A stretch of 64,000 nucleotides of DNA from an uncultured delta proteobacterium. GTDB lineage: Bacteria > Myxococcota > UBA727 > VGSZ01. The position numbers were made by a program, and so were the translations under genes. The stretch spans positions 128,001-192,000 of the forward strand of contig CAVZJB010000012.1 of the NCBI GenBank assembly GCA_963775425.1. Reading direction: 5' to 3'. The stretch's first letter is position 1, and each line of letters opens with the position of its first letter. The notes under the pieces were generated by a model. It was not told where the DNA came from and made no database searches. It worked only from the letters and a program-made list of their open reading frames with translations. Shown here in pieces: positions 10,901-20,833 of this stretch.

Positions 10901-10997
10901 CTCCCTCGCCCTCCGCGGGCGTGCCGACGCAGCCGTCGCACGCGGCGAGCGGACAGAGCATGACAAAGGCGACGCAACCGACGTGGAGGCGAAGCAT
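7989..10997 (-). CDS. CglD-like lipoprotein: (EG)8 linker, TSP3-type Ca-binding repeats, VWA-like domain, Cys-rich tail
   Basis: Lipobox-like PLAAC, many DxDGDG repeats, MIDAS-like DVLWAVDNSVSM, VIFVGDADD, C-terminal CxC repeats, GAGGT RBS. Confidence 0.8.
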   Translation of the reverse strand: MLRLHVGCVAFVMLCPLAACDGCVGTPAEGEGEGEGEGEGEGEGDPVRTPDPNNPDNAVLDSDCDGLSDAEEFGTVYPGGATTDPGDPDSDGDGIADGVELGRTSSVDPLCTQFAGDACPQSRTDPTGADTDGDGLCDGPNDVAGVCAGGEDESADGCVDVNQETDPNNPDSDGDGLCDGPNDVPPVCTGGDDDPVPHVADADGDGLPDALDPDPQNPDTDGDGLCDGPSSVAGVCVGGEDLNADGVVERGESDPTQIDTDCDGVGDFEEVTVTHTDPDNADSDGDGVKDGIELGAPARDAVGYCDAFPGDVDPATTTDPNNPDTDGDGVPDGAEDANQDGKVDPGELDPNDNGDGSNPTIQAACSLDGLVPLSRRTVPEADIQVVVPLRDGIRFDDAVTLVDPANAPVGVAGHDPGTRVAFVAVHRAPAGADPTADEAQVRGVLNGIGAVSQALTRTFTTWDGYPAVQASYHMAGTVGAKARANALIAALLGGAAGAFDVAADTPATDGFTVAAEMVRRSDLTTIVLIALTPAELDGTTSGFLVKDLGDGSALGQAADTTGATCDRLPSAGDGELDVLWAVDNSVSMASFQQAVATAGAAVEQRITNAGIDFRTAAVTSAFDVPPAHAGCTAAACAENTGSQCRQWTSDLATMIAWFTSSPPSASWLGAGNVNGFSCNQAIESIATGAQDLLTSGGVNGSATFLPASLTPSAQQLRQDTNLVVIFVGDADDQGHIASSSDAAAVGAVVDAYEQFFRALPVRSVQMGGIVCPDGTNCGENRFNNPRVLQSVINRFGGVTGAINDLASIPTAVNAILDAAIVGASPYVLSKTPITSTVKVAVDAGSTIGACNTDDVPRSRDNGFDVDPVTRTVAFFGDCRPDPAHTGALIAISYTTWIDQSPVADPPQPACTICSTCTGVERCDLDACACVCDGELSCRAGFVWDDDVCGCVCDTANLACDARHDANTDLCGCTCGANCNDQCNPATELCNPSTCTCTFVGGG

Positions 10998-11111
10998 GGG
11001 GGACCTCTTGGTGTCACGATAGCGCCGCCGGGCGGCGGCATCGCGAAGGCGGCCCGACGGCTGGGGCGCGCGCGCCTCAGGGGCGATGTAGGTCTCGCCC
11101 CCACGTGCTCG

Positions 11112-14075
11112 TCATCCGCCGCCGACGAAGGCGCAGGCGCAGGTGCTCAGGTTGCACAGCTCGGTGGCGGGGTCGCACTGGTCGTTGCAGTTGGTGCCGC
11201 AGGTGCAGCCGCACAGGTCGGTGTTGGCGTTGTGCCGCACGTCGCAGGCGAGGTTGGCGGTGTCGCAGACGCAGCCGCACACGGCGTCGTCCCAGACGAA
11301 GCCGGCGCGGCAGGACAGCTCGCCGTCGCAGACGCAGGCGCAGGCGTCGAGGTCGCAGCGCTCGACGCCGGTGCAGCTCCCGCACACGTTGCACGCCGGC
11401 TGCGGCGGATCGGCCTGCGGGCTCTGATCGATCCACGTGCGGTAGGAGACCGCGATGAGCGAGCCGGTCTGGTCCGGATCGGGGCGGCAGTCGCCGAAGA
11501 ACGCGACGGTGCGCGTGACGGGGTCGACGTCGAAGCCGTCCTGGCGCGAGCGCGGCACGTCGCTGGTGTCGCACGCGCCGATGGTGCTGCCGGCGTCCAT
11601 GGCCACCTTCACCGTCGACGTGATGGGATCCTTGTCGAGCACGTAGGGCGATGCGCCGACGATGGCGGCGTCGAGGATGCCGTTGAGCGCGTCGGGGATG
11701 GTGGCCACGTCGCGCAGCGATCCGATCACGCCGCCGAAGTTGTCGATGAGCCCGCGCACCACGCGCGGGTCGCGCTGCGTCTCGCCGCAGCCCGAGGTGC
11801 CGGTGGTGCCCGGGCAGATGATGCCGCCGAGCTGCACGCTGCGCACCGGCAGGTTCTGGAAGAACTGGGTGTACGTGTCGATGCCCTGCTGCGCGTTGGC
11901 GTTCGGGAAGAACTGATCGTCGGCGTCGCCGAGGAAGATGACGAGCAGGTTGCCGCCCTCCTGCAGGTGGACGGAGTCCGGCGTGGCCTGCGCCGGCAGG
12001 AACGTGAACGTGTCCGCGACGAAGGCGGGGTCGCTCGGATCGGTGAGCACCATCTGCGCGCCGCGGCCGATGGCCTCGGTGGCCTGGTTGCAGCCGCCGT
12101 CGACGCTGCCGGCGCCGAACCACGCGGGATCGTCGACGGTGAACCACGTGGCCATGCGCGAGAGGTCGTTCGTGAACTCGCGGCACTGGTGGAGGATGTC
12201 GTCGGCGCACCCGGCGTTGACGCACTCGGCGCGCGGCGGGCTGAAGAAGGCGCTGGTGACGCCGGCGGTGCGGAAGTCGACGCCGGCGTTGCCGAGCCGC
12301 GCCGCGGCCGCGTCCGCCGACGTCGCCACCGCCTGCTGCTCGTCGGCCATGGACGCCGAGTTGTCGACGGACCACAGGATGTCGAGCTGCGCGAAGCCCT
12401 CGCTCGGCAGGCGGTCGCACTGCACGCCGGTGGTGTCGACGGCCTGCGCGAGCGCGCTGCCGTCGGCGAGGTCCTTGACGAGGAAGCCCGACGGGCCGTC
12501 GGCGAGCTCCGCGGGCGTGACGGCGACGAGCACGATGGTGGTGAGGTCGCTGCGGCGCACGACCTCGGCAGCGACGACGAAGCCGCTGGTGGAGGCGGGG
12601 TCGTCGTTGAGGTCGAAGCCGCCGGCGGCGCCGCCGACGAGCGCGTTGATGATCGCGTTGGCTCGCGCTTTGGTGCCCGCGTTGCCCGCCATGGCGTAGG
12701 TGGCCTGCACGGCCGGGAAGCCGTCCCACGTGGTGAAGGAGCGCGTGAGCGCGCTCGAGACGGCGCCCACCCCGTTCAGCAGCGTCTGGAGCTGCGCCTC
12801 GTCGGCGCCCGCGTCGGCGCCGGCCGGTGAGCGGTGCACGGCGACGAAGGCGACGCGGTTCGTTCAATCGTGTCCCGCGACGCCGACGGGCGCGCCGCCG
12901 GCGTCGCGCAAGAGCACGTTGTCGGCGAAGGCGTTGCCGTCTCTGCGGGGGACGACGACCTGGACGTCGGCCTCGGGCACGGTGCGAGACAACAGCGGCA
13001 CGAGGTTGTCGAGGGCGCACGCGGCCTGCACGGTGGGATCGTTGCCGTCGGCGGGATCGTTGGGGTCGAGCTCGCCGTCGTCGACCTTGCCGTTCTGGTT
13101 TGGGTCTTCGGCGCCGTCGGGGACGCCGTCGCCGTCGCTGTCGGCGTTGTTCGGGTCGGTGGTGGTGGTGCCGTCGGCGTCGCCCGCGAAGGCGGGGCAC
13201 GACCCGAGGGGGCCGCGCGCGCCCTTGCCGAGCTCGACGCCGTCGAGGATGCCGTCGCCGTCGCTGTCGGCGTTGGACGGATCCGTGTGGGTGACGTTGA
13301 CCTCCTCGTCGTCGTTGACGCCGTCGCAGTCGGTGTCGACCTCGGTGGGGCTCGACTCGCCGCGATCGACGAAGCCGTTGCCGTTGAGGTCTTCGCCCGC
13401 GGTGCACACGCCGGCGACGGTGGCGTTCCCGTCGCAGAGCCCGTCGCCGTCGGTGTCGGGGTTGTTGGGGTCGGGGTCGAGGGCGTCGGCGAGGCCGTCG
13501 CCGTCGGCGTCGGCGACGTGCGGAACGGGATCGTCGTCGCCGCCGGTGCACACGGGGGGCACGTCGACGGGGCCGTCGCAGAGGCCGTCGCCGTCGCTGT
13601 CGGGGTTGTTGGGGTCGGTCTCGGCGTTGACGTTGACGCAGCCGTCGCCGTTTGCGTCTTCGGCGCCGTCGTCGAGGCCGTCGCCGTCGGTGTCGGCGCC
13701 GACGGGATCGGTGCGCGTCTGCGGGCACTGGTCGCCGGTGAAGTGCGTGCACAGCGGGTCGACGCTGGAGGTGCGCCCGGCCTCGACGCCGTCCTTGATG
13801 CCGTCGCCGTCGCTGTCGGGGTTGCCGGGATCGGTGGTGGCGCCGCCGGCGTAGACGGTGCCGAATTCCTCTGCGTCGCTGAGGCCGTCGCAGTCGCTGT
13901 CGAGGTTGGCGTTGTCGGGGTTTTGGGGGTCGGGGGTGCGAATGGGATCGCCTTCGCCCTCGCCTTCGCCTTCGCCTTCGCCCTCGCCTTCGGCGGCGGG
14001 GGTGCCGGCGCAGTCGCAACCGGCGAGCGGGCAAAGCATGAGCATGGCGACGCAGCCGACGTGCAGGCGCAGCAT
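11112..14075 (-). pseudogene. second CglD-like lipoprotein paralog interrupted by one in-frame TGA at 12864-12866
   Basis: The ORFs at 12864-14075 and 11112-12839 share a frame. ...VAGHD*TNRVAFVAVHR aligns without gaps to ...VAGHDPGTRVAFVAVHR of the paralog. Confidence 0.75.
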
Positions 14076-14189
14076 GGGGACCTCTGACCTCCGACGATAT
14101 CGCCGCGGCGTCTGCGGATCGCTCGTTCGAGTGCGCGATGCGGCGTGGGCCTCCGCCGCGTGTACGTGCCGCACGCACCCGGGCTCGGC

Positions 14190-14735
14190 TCAGCGCGGGC
14201 GGAGCAGGCGGAGCAGGCCGGTGGCGTCGACGACGATGCCGTGGATGTCGCCGAAGCGGACGCTGTCGCCGGAGAGCACCGCCACCGGCGGCCCCTCGTT
14301 CTGGCGGGGGACGCGCACGCCGCGGGTGAAGGTGCCGTTGGAGGAGCGGACGTCCTGCAGGAGGAGCCGGCCGTCGGCGTGCTCGCGGAAGAACGCGTGG
14401 AAGCGCGAGACGCTCTGGTCGGGCAGGAAGATGTCGTTGCCCTCGTTTCTGCCGACGGCGATGAAGTCGAACTGTGTCGAGGGCAGCCGCTTCACGCGAA
14501 AGACCAACTGCTCGTCGGAGGACGCGGCGCCGAGGAAGCTGCCGGTGGGCGAGCGCGGCGACACCGCGTCGACGCTGCCGGTGGGGTCGTCCCCGAACTC
14601 CTCGCTCGAGCCGTTGCCGTCCGCCTTGCGCGGCCGCGCCACCAGGAACCACGTGGAGAGCGCGCGCAGGCTCTCGACGCTGAGCGTGGGGTCCTCGAGG
14701 TACGCGCTCCACGGCGCGCCGTTGCCGAACATCAT
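14190..14735 (-). CDS. FHA domain protein
   Basis: VGRNEGNDIFLPDQSVSRFHA...DVRSSNGTF...GDSVRFG carries the conserved FHA GR, SxxH and NG motifs. Confidence 0.88.
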   Translation of the reverse strand: MMFGNGAPWSAYLEDPTLSVESLRALSTWFLVARPRKADGNGSSEEFGDDPTGSVDAVSPRSPTGSFLGAASSDEQLVFRVKRLPSTQFDFIAVGRNEGNDIFLPDQSVSRFHAFFREHADGRLLLQDVRSSNGTFTRGVRVPRQNEGPPVAVLSGDSVRFGDIHGIVVDATGLLRLLRPR

Positions 14736-14754
14736 CGAGCCGACCCTAGCAGCC

Positions 14755-15138
14755 TCACTGCGAGCAAAGACAAGTCGTCTCGTCGATGGAGAAAGCATCG
14801 CTGCACGTGAACGTCGCCGCCGCAGGGTCGCACACGCATTGCGTCGGGAAGTCACCGGCGTCGTCGCCGCACGTGGCGTCGACGGGAAAGCCCGCGACGA
14901 CGCACTCCGCGCCGGTGGTGCACGACACCGGCGCGTCGACCTCGGGCATGGGCAGGCACACCGTGGGGCTGGTGGTGACCTGTACGTCCTCCGGCAGGCA
15001 CACGCGATCGGCGGCGCAATCGGATGAGCTCGAACAGGTTTCGCCGATGGTGGTGTCCGGGAAGACGCAGCCCCCGAGCGCGCCCGCGACGAAGGCGACG
15101 ACGACGACGACGACGACGACGGCGACGCGCGCGCTCAC
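14755..15138 (-). CDS. small Cys-rich lipoprotein (127 aa)
   Basis: GTG start overlaps the upstream TGA (GTGA); hydrophobic signal ending ALGGC; about 10 Cys in the mature part. Confidence 0.75.
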   Translation of the reverse strand: MSARVAVVVVVVVVAFVAGALGGCVFPDTTIGETCSSSSDCAADRVCLPEDVQVTTSPTVCLPMPEVDAPVSCTTGAECVVAGFPVDATCGDDAGDFPTQCVCDPAAATFTCSDAFSIDETTCLCSQ

Positions 15139-16014
15139 TCGTCGCCTCCATCGGCGGTCACGCCCCAGTATGTGCCCCAGGCGGCCACGCCGCCGAGGGG
15201 GATGCACAGGCAGCCGAGCGGCACGAGCAAGCAGTTGTTGACGACGCTGGCGTCGTCGGCGGCGCGGCCCGCCTCGGCGAGCGCCTTGCGGTTCTTGGCG
15301 TTGTCGTTGGCGCTGTAGTCGAGGAGCGCCTGGTTGAGCTCCGACTCCGAGCCGAGCGCGTAGAGGTACGACAGCGTGCCGGTGGTGCCGAGCACCAGCG
15401 CGAGGCTGCCGCCGCCGAAGGCCATGATCCACGGCAGCGCGCCCGGGCCCTCGTGCTTCTCGGGCGCGCCGCCGCCGGCCACGCCGCCCGCGACGCCCCC
15501 GGTGTGCGCGGCCGTCTTGTGCGCGAGCACCGGCGCCTTGTCGATCAGAATCGTCCGCCATGTGCTCGGCCTGGGCCGCCAGCGCCTCGACGCTGTCGGC
15601 GGTGGTGGAGACCTGCGCAGTGACCTTGAGGCTCTCGGAGTCGAACAGCTCCGCGCGCATCAACCAGCGGCCGCCGATCTGCGACGCGCGTGTGGCCACC
15701 ACCCAACGGGCATCGAGGGCGCCTGCAATCTCGCTCATGCACGACGCGTCGTCACAGCCGGCGCTGAGCTTGTCGGCGGCGACCGCGAGCCGATCGCGCA
15801 CGCTCGACGACGGAACAATCTCGGCGTCGGTGCGTTGCTCGAGCATGGTGGCCAACAGGTCGCCGTACGCCTTCACCTTGGGCAGGTAGGCGTCGTCGGC
15901 GCGGGTCTCGAGCACCAGCACCCGCGCGCGCCCGGTCTCCGGCGGGTGGGCAGGTGCGTGCGCGGCCGGCGGCGCCGGCTCGGCGACGGCGAGCATGGCG
16001 AGCAGCGCGAGCAT
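15135..16014 (-). pseudogene. secreted/membrane protein with a GCDxxSC domain and C-terminal hydrophobic helices; +1 frameshift near 15549
   Basis: The N-terminal frame reads ...AGCDDASCMSEIAGALDARWVV...AEHMADD. Removing one T (GATTCTG to GATCTG) continues as LIDKAPVLAHK...LPWIMAFGGG... into the 15135-15530 ORF. Homologous to 25620-26381. Confidence 0.7.
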
Positions 16015-16073
16015 CCCCGGGCTTTTCCCACGAACGGCTTGACGACGCCAGACGGGCGGCGCACACAGGCCCC

Positions 16074-16588
16074 ATGCTCTCCGAAGCCACGCGCTCCTCC
16101 ATCGAGAACGAGGTCGCGAAGTACCCGCAGAAGAAGACCGCGCTCCTGCCGTCCTTGAAGCTCGCGCAAAAGGAGAAGGGCTGGCTGTCGCACGAGACCC
16201 TCGCGGAGGTCGCCGGGCTCGTGGGGCTGCCCCACAGCCACGCCGTCGAGCTCGCCACGTTCTACTCGATGCTCTTCACCGACAAGGTCGCGCCCGTGCG
16301 CGTCGAGGTCTGCGTGCAGCTCCCCTGCGCGCTGGTGGGCGCCGAGGACACCGCCAGGAAGCTCGCCGACAAGCTCGGCATCACCCTCGAAGGGCCGCCG
16401 CACAAGGCGCACGGGCACACGAGCGATCACCAGATCGAGCTGCACACCACGGTCGAGTGCTACGGCTCCTGCCACCGCGCCCCCATGTGCCGCGTGGGCG
16501 ACGACTACCGCGAGCACATCAAGGCCGACGCCGACGTCGACAAGCTCGCCGCCGAGCTGAAGGCCCGCGCGTCGAAGGGAGGTGCCGC

Positions 16589-16592
<4 letters not shown>
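16074..16592 (+). CDS. nuoE: NADH-quinone oxidoreductase subunit E
   Basis: LLPSLKLAQKEKGWL, ATFYSML, and 2Fe-2S Cys CVQLPC...ECYGSC. Confidence 0.92.
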
Positions 16593-17890
<1,298 letters not shown>

Positions 17891-17925
17891 CCCGCTTGTC
17901 CCCCGCGTCGAAAGACCCCCTGAGC

Positions 17926-18183
17926 TCAGCCGCCGCTGAGGGCCTGGACGATCTGCACCTCGTCGTTCGCGCGCACGGGCGCGTCGAGCGAGCGGACCTG
18001 CGCCCCGTTGATGAAGAAGCGCATGTGGCGCCGCATGCCGCCCTGCTCGTCGATCATGCGAAAGCGGATGCCCGGATAGCGCCGGTCGAGATCGAGGAGG
18101 ACCTCGTCGAGCGTGGCGCCGTGGGCGTCCACCTCGGCGCGGCTGGTGTACGACAGCAGCGGGCTCGGGATGAGGACCTTCAC
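17926..18183 (-). CDS. MoaD/ThiS ubiquitin-like sulfur carrier
   Basis: 85 aa beta-grasp-type protein ending ALSGG. GTG overlaps the upstream stop. Confidence 0.88.
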   Translation of the reverse strand: MKVLIPSPLLSYTSRAEVDAHGATLDEVLLDLDRRYPGIRFRMIDEQGGMRRHMRFFINGAQVRSLDAPVRANDEVQIVQALSGG

Positions 18184-19298
18184 CCGAGCTCCGCGGCCTC
18201 GACGGCGTAGATCTCGGGCAGGTGGCGCGCGATGCAGCTCCAGCGCGCGCCCTCGCTCTTGCCCATCCAGACCTCGCCGCTGGTGGTGCCGAAGTAGAGC
18301 GCGACCGGCTCGTGTGCGTCGGCGGTCATCGCCTGGCGCTTCACGGTCCACCACGCCTGCTTGGCGGGCATGCCCTTGTCGAGGCGGCGCCAGCTCTTGC
18401 CGCCGTCGCGGGTGCCGTATGCCGCCGGCGCTCCCCCAGGGCTCGTGCGCGGCCACACCGAGGTGCCGTCCATGGGGAACACCCAACAGACGTCGTCGTG
18501 GCGCGGGTGGACCACCATCGGGAAGCCGATGTCGCCGACCCGCTTGGGCATCTTCTTGCCGATGCGCGTCCACGTCGTCCCTGGCCGGTCGAGGCGATAG
18601 ATGCCGCAGTGGTTCTGCTGGTACAGGCGATCGGGGTTCGACGGACACAGCCGCACGCAGTGCGGATCGTGGAAGGTGATGGTCTTCGGGTCGAGCCCGT
18701 CGACGACGTCGAGCCCGTCCACGAGCGGCCGCCACGTCGCGCCCTGGTCGAGCGACTCGTGCACGCCGCCGCTCGACATGGCCATGTAGAGGTGGTTCTT
18801 GTCGCGGGGATCGACGATGAGCGAGTGCAGCTTGGGGCCGTCGGGCGTGCCGTCCTGCTGCGCGCCCATCCAGACGCGGTACTGCGGATCGTCGTTGACG
18901 CTGGAAAACGGCGACCACGTCACGCCGCCGTCCTCGGAGCGGAAGATGCCTTGCGGCGACGTGCCCGCGTACCACGTGCTCGGCTCGCTCGCGTGCGCCG
19001 GGGTGAGCCAGAAGGCGTGGTCGACGACGCGGCCGCCCTCCTCCTTCGTGAAGGCCGGCGGGCGCGCGGCCTCCTTCCATGTGCGGCCGAGGTTCTCGGA
19101 GCGGAAGATCGTGGGGCCGAGGTGGCCGGTCTTGGCGGCGACGAGGAGCGTCTTTTTGTCGCGCGGGTCGAGCACCGCGTGTTGCACGACGTGCCCGAGG
19201 AAGTGTGGGCCGCTCTCGCGCCACGTGCGCCGCGCGCCGTCGCCCCGATAGATCCACAGTCCCTTCCGCGTGGCCACGAGCAGCGCCGGCTTCTTCAT
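18180..19298 (-). CDS. BNR/Asp-box beta-propeller protein (sialidase/glycosyl-hydrolase-like)
   Basis: Repeated SxDxGxTW boxes (SENLGRTW, SEDGGVTW, SLDQGATW, TRDGGKSW) and QQNHCGIY. Confidence 0.85.
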   Translation of the reverse strand: MKKPALLVATRKGLWIYRGDGARRTWRESGPHFLGHVVQHAVLDPRDKKTLLVAAKTGHLGPTIFRSENLGRTWKEAARPPAFTKEEGGRVVDHAFWLTPAHASEPSTWYAGTSPQGIFRSEDGGVTWSPFSSVNDDPQYRVWMGAQQDGTPDGPKLHSLIVDPRDKNHLYMAMSSGGVHESLDQGATWRPLVDGLDVVDGLDPKTITFHDPHCVRLCPSNPDRLYQQNHCGIYRLDRPGTTWTRIGKKMPKRVGDIGFPMVVHPRHDDVCWVFPMDGTSVWPRTSPGGAPAAYGTRDGGKSWRRLDKGMPAKQAWWTVKRQAMTADAHEPVALYFGTTSGEVWMGKSEGARWSCIARHLPEIYAVEAAELG

Positions 19299-19402
19299 GC
19301 GCCGCCTTCTACCACTGTCCGCGCGGCCTGGGCATTCGCGGCGGGAGACAACGTCGTTGTCAACGTGAACGTCTTCCCGCCGCGAATGTCGTCACGCACG
19401 AC

Positions 19403-20179
19403 TCAGCGCTTCGTGTGGATGACGTCGAACACGCCGCCCTGCGGATCCGCGAGCACCGCGAAGCGCCCGACGTTGGGGACGTCCTGCGCCGGCATGCGCA
19501 CGGCGCCCCCGAGCGCGGTGCACTTCTTCACCGTGGCGTCGACGTCGGCGACGGCGAAGTACGGCGTCCAGTTGTTGGGCACGCCCTTGAGCTCCTTGGG
19601 CATGGGCATGATGCCGCCGACGTGCTTGTCGCCGACGACGATCTCGTCGTACTGCATGCCGCCGGTGTCTTCCTCGAGCTTCCAGCCGAAGACCTCGCCG
19701 AAGAACGCCTTGGCCTTGGGCACGTCGGTGGTCATCATCTCGAACCAGCACAGCGCGTTGTCCTCGCCGTACAGGCCGGCGCCCTTGTGGTTCTTCGGCT
19801 GCCAGCAGCCGAGGGCGGCGCCGGTGGGATCGGAGAAGACGAACATGCGCCCCTCCTCCATCACGTCCATCGGCGGCATCATGATCTTGCCGCCGGCCTT
19901 CTCCACCTTCTTCGCCATGGCGTCGACGTCGTCGACGTTCACGTAGCTCGTCCAGAACGCCGGCGCGCCGCTCTTCTTCACGTCGGGCTGCATCTCGCCC
20001 GCGCCGCAGAGGCTCTTGCCGCTGTGGAAGAACATCGTGTAGCTGCCGCCCTGCGGGATGGGCGTGTCCTTGAGGTCCCAGCCGAACAGGCCCGAGTAGA
20101 ACTTCTTGGCGCCGTTGATGTCGGTGGTCTGCAGGTCGGCCCACGAGAAGGCGCCCTGCGCGTAGCTCTTCATTTCCAT
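19403..20179 (-). CDS. two-domain VOC (glyoxalase/bleomycin resistance) protein
   Basis: AKKFYSGLFGW, GRMFVFSDPTGA, AKAFFGEVFGW, GRFAVLADPQG; GGAGG RBS. Confidence 0.92.
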   Translation of the reverse strand: MEMKSYAQGAFSWADLQTTDINGAKKFYSGLFGWDLKDTPIPQGGSYTMFFHSGKSLCGAGEMQPDVKKSGAPAFWTSYVNVDDVDAMAKKVEKAGGKIMMPPMDVMEEGRMFVFSDPTGAALGCWQPKNHKGAGLYGEDNALCWFEMMTTDVPKAKAFFGEVFGWKLEEDTGGMQYDEIVVGDKHVGGIMPMPKELKGVPNNWTPYFAVADVDATVKKCTALGGAVRMPAQDVPNVGRFAVLADPQGGVFDVIHTKR

Positions 20180-20416
20180 GTGATCCTCCGTTGCCCCTCC
20201 CGTAGCGCGGTTGTCGCGCGCGCGTCGAGAGAGATCGACGTCGTCACCGGCTCACGAACGGACGACTCGCGCTGCTGCGTGAGGATCACGCCTGGAGGGC
20301 GCAGCGCGAATCGATTGTTCATGCGCGCCGCCACCCCACGATTCACCGGGAGGAGACCGACTACGTCGGTCGTGCCGCGCGTGGTCGGCGCGGCCGCTCC
20401 CTCCGATCGCCGATCC

Positions 20417-20833
20417 ATGATAACGAGCGCCGTGCGCGCGCTGCGTCACGTCGTCGTCGTCGCATTTGTCGGCCTGCTCGCGTTCGGTGGCGCGCGCGGC
20501 GCGGTGCTCGGCGATCTGCGCTTCTCCTGGGGCATGTTCGCGTACGAGGTGACGAGCCACGTGGCGTACGCGTTCGTCCTCGACGACGGCACGGAGGTCC
20601 CCTACCGGCCCGGCGGCGAGCTGCGCTCCCGCGGCAAGCGCATCGCCCCCGGCACGCGCACCAGCGGCTACGGCATCGGCGCGCTGCGCTCCTGGATCCG
20701 CGCGTACCTCGAGTGGCTCTGGCGGCACCGCCGTCCGCCGGACGCGCGCGCGGTGAAGTGCACGCTCACGTGGACGCGCGAGCGCGATCCCCGCGTCGTC
20801 GAGGTCCTCGCCTATCCGCCGGAGGCTCGATGA
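20417..20833 (+). CDS. small membrane-anchored protein coupled to the HTTM gene (SdpA/DUF5819-like position)
   Basis: N-terminal hydrophobic helix, FSWGMFA motif; its stop overlaps the next ATG (ATGA). Confidence 0.65.
   Translation: MITSAVRALRHVVVVAFVGLLAFGGARGAVLGDLRFSWGMFAYEVTSHVAYAFVLDDGTEVPYRPGGELRSRGKRIAPGTRTSGYGIGALRSWIRAYLEWLWRHRRPPDARAVKCTLTWTRERDPRVVEVLAYPPEAR

Noticed and set aside
12864-12930. Selenocysteine or genetic-code reassignment for the in-frame TGA
   Set aside because: The position aligns to Pro, not Cys. TGA terminates many genes here. Downstream pairing is unremarkable at this GC content.
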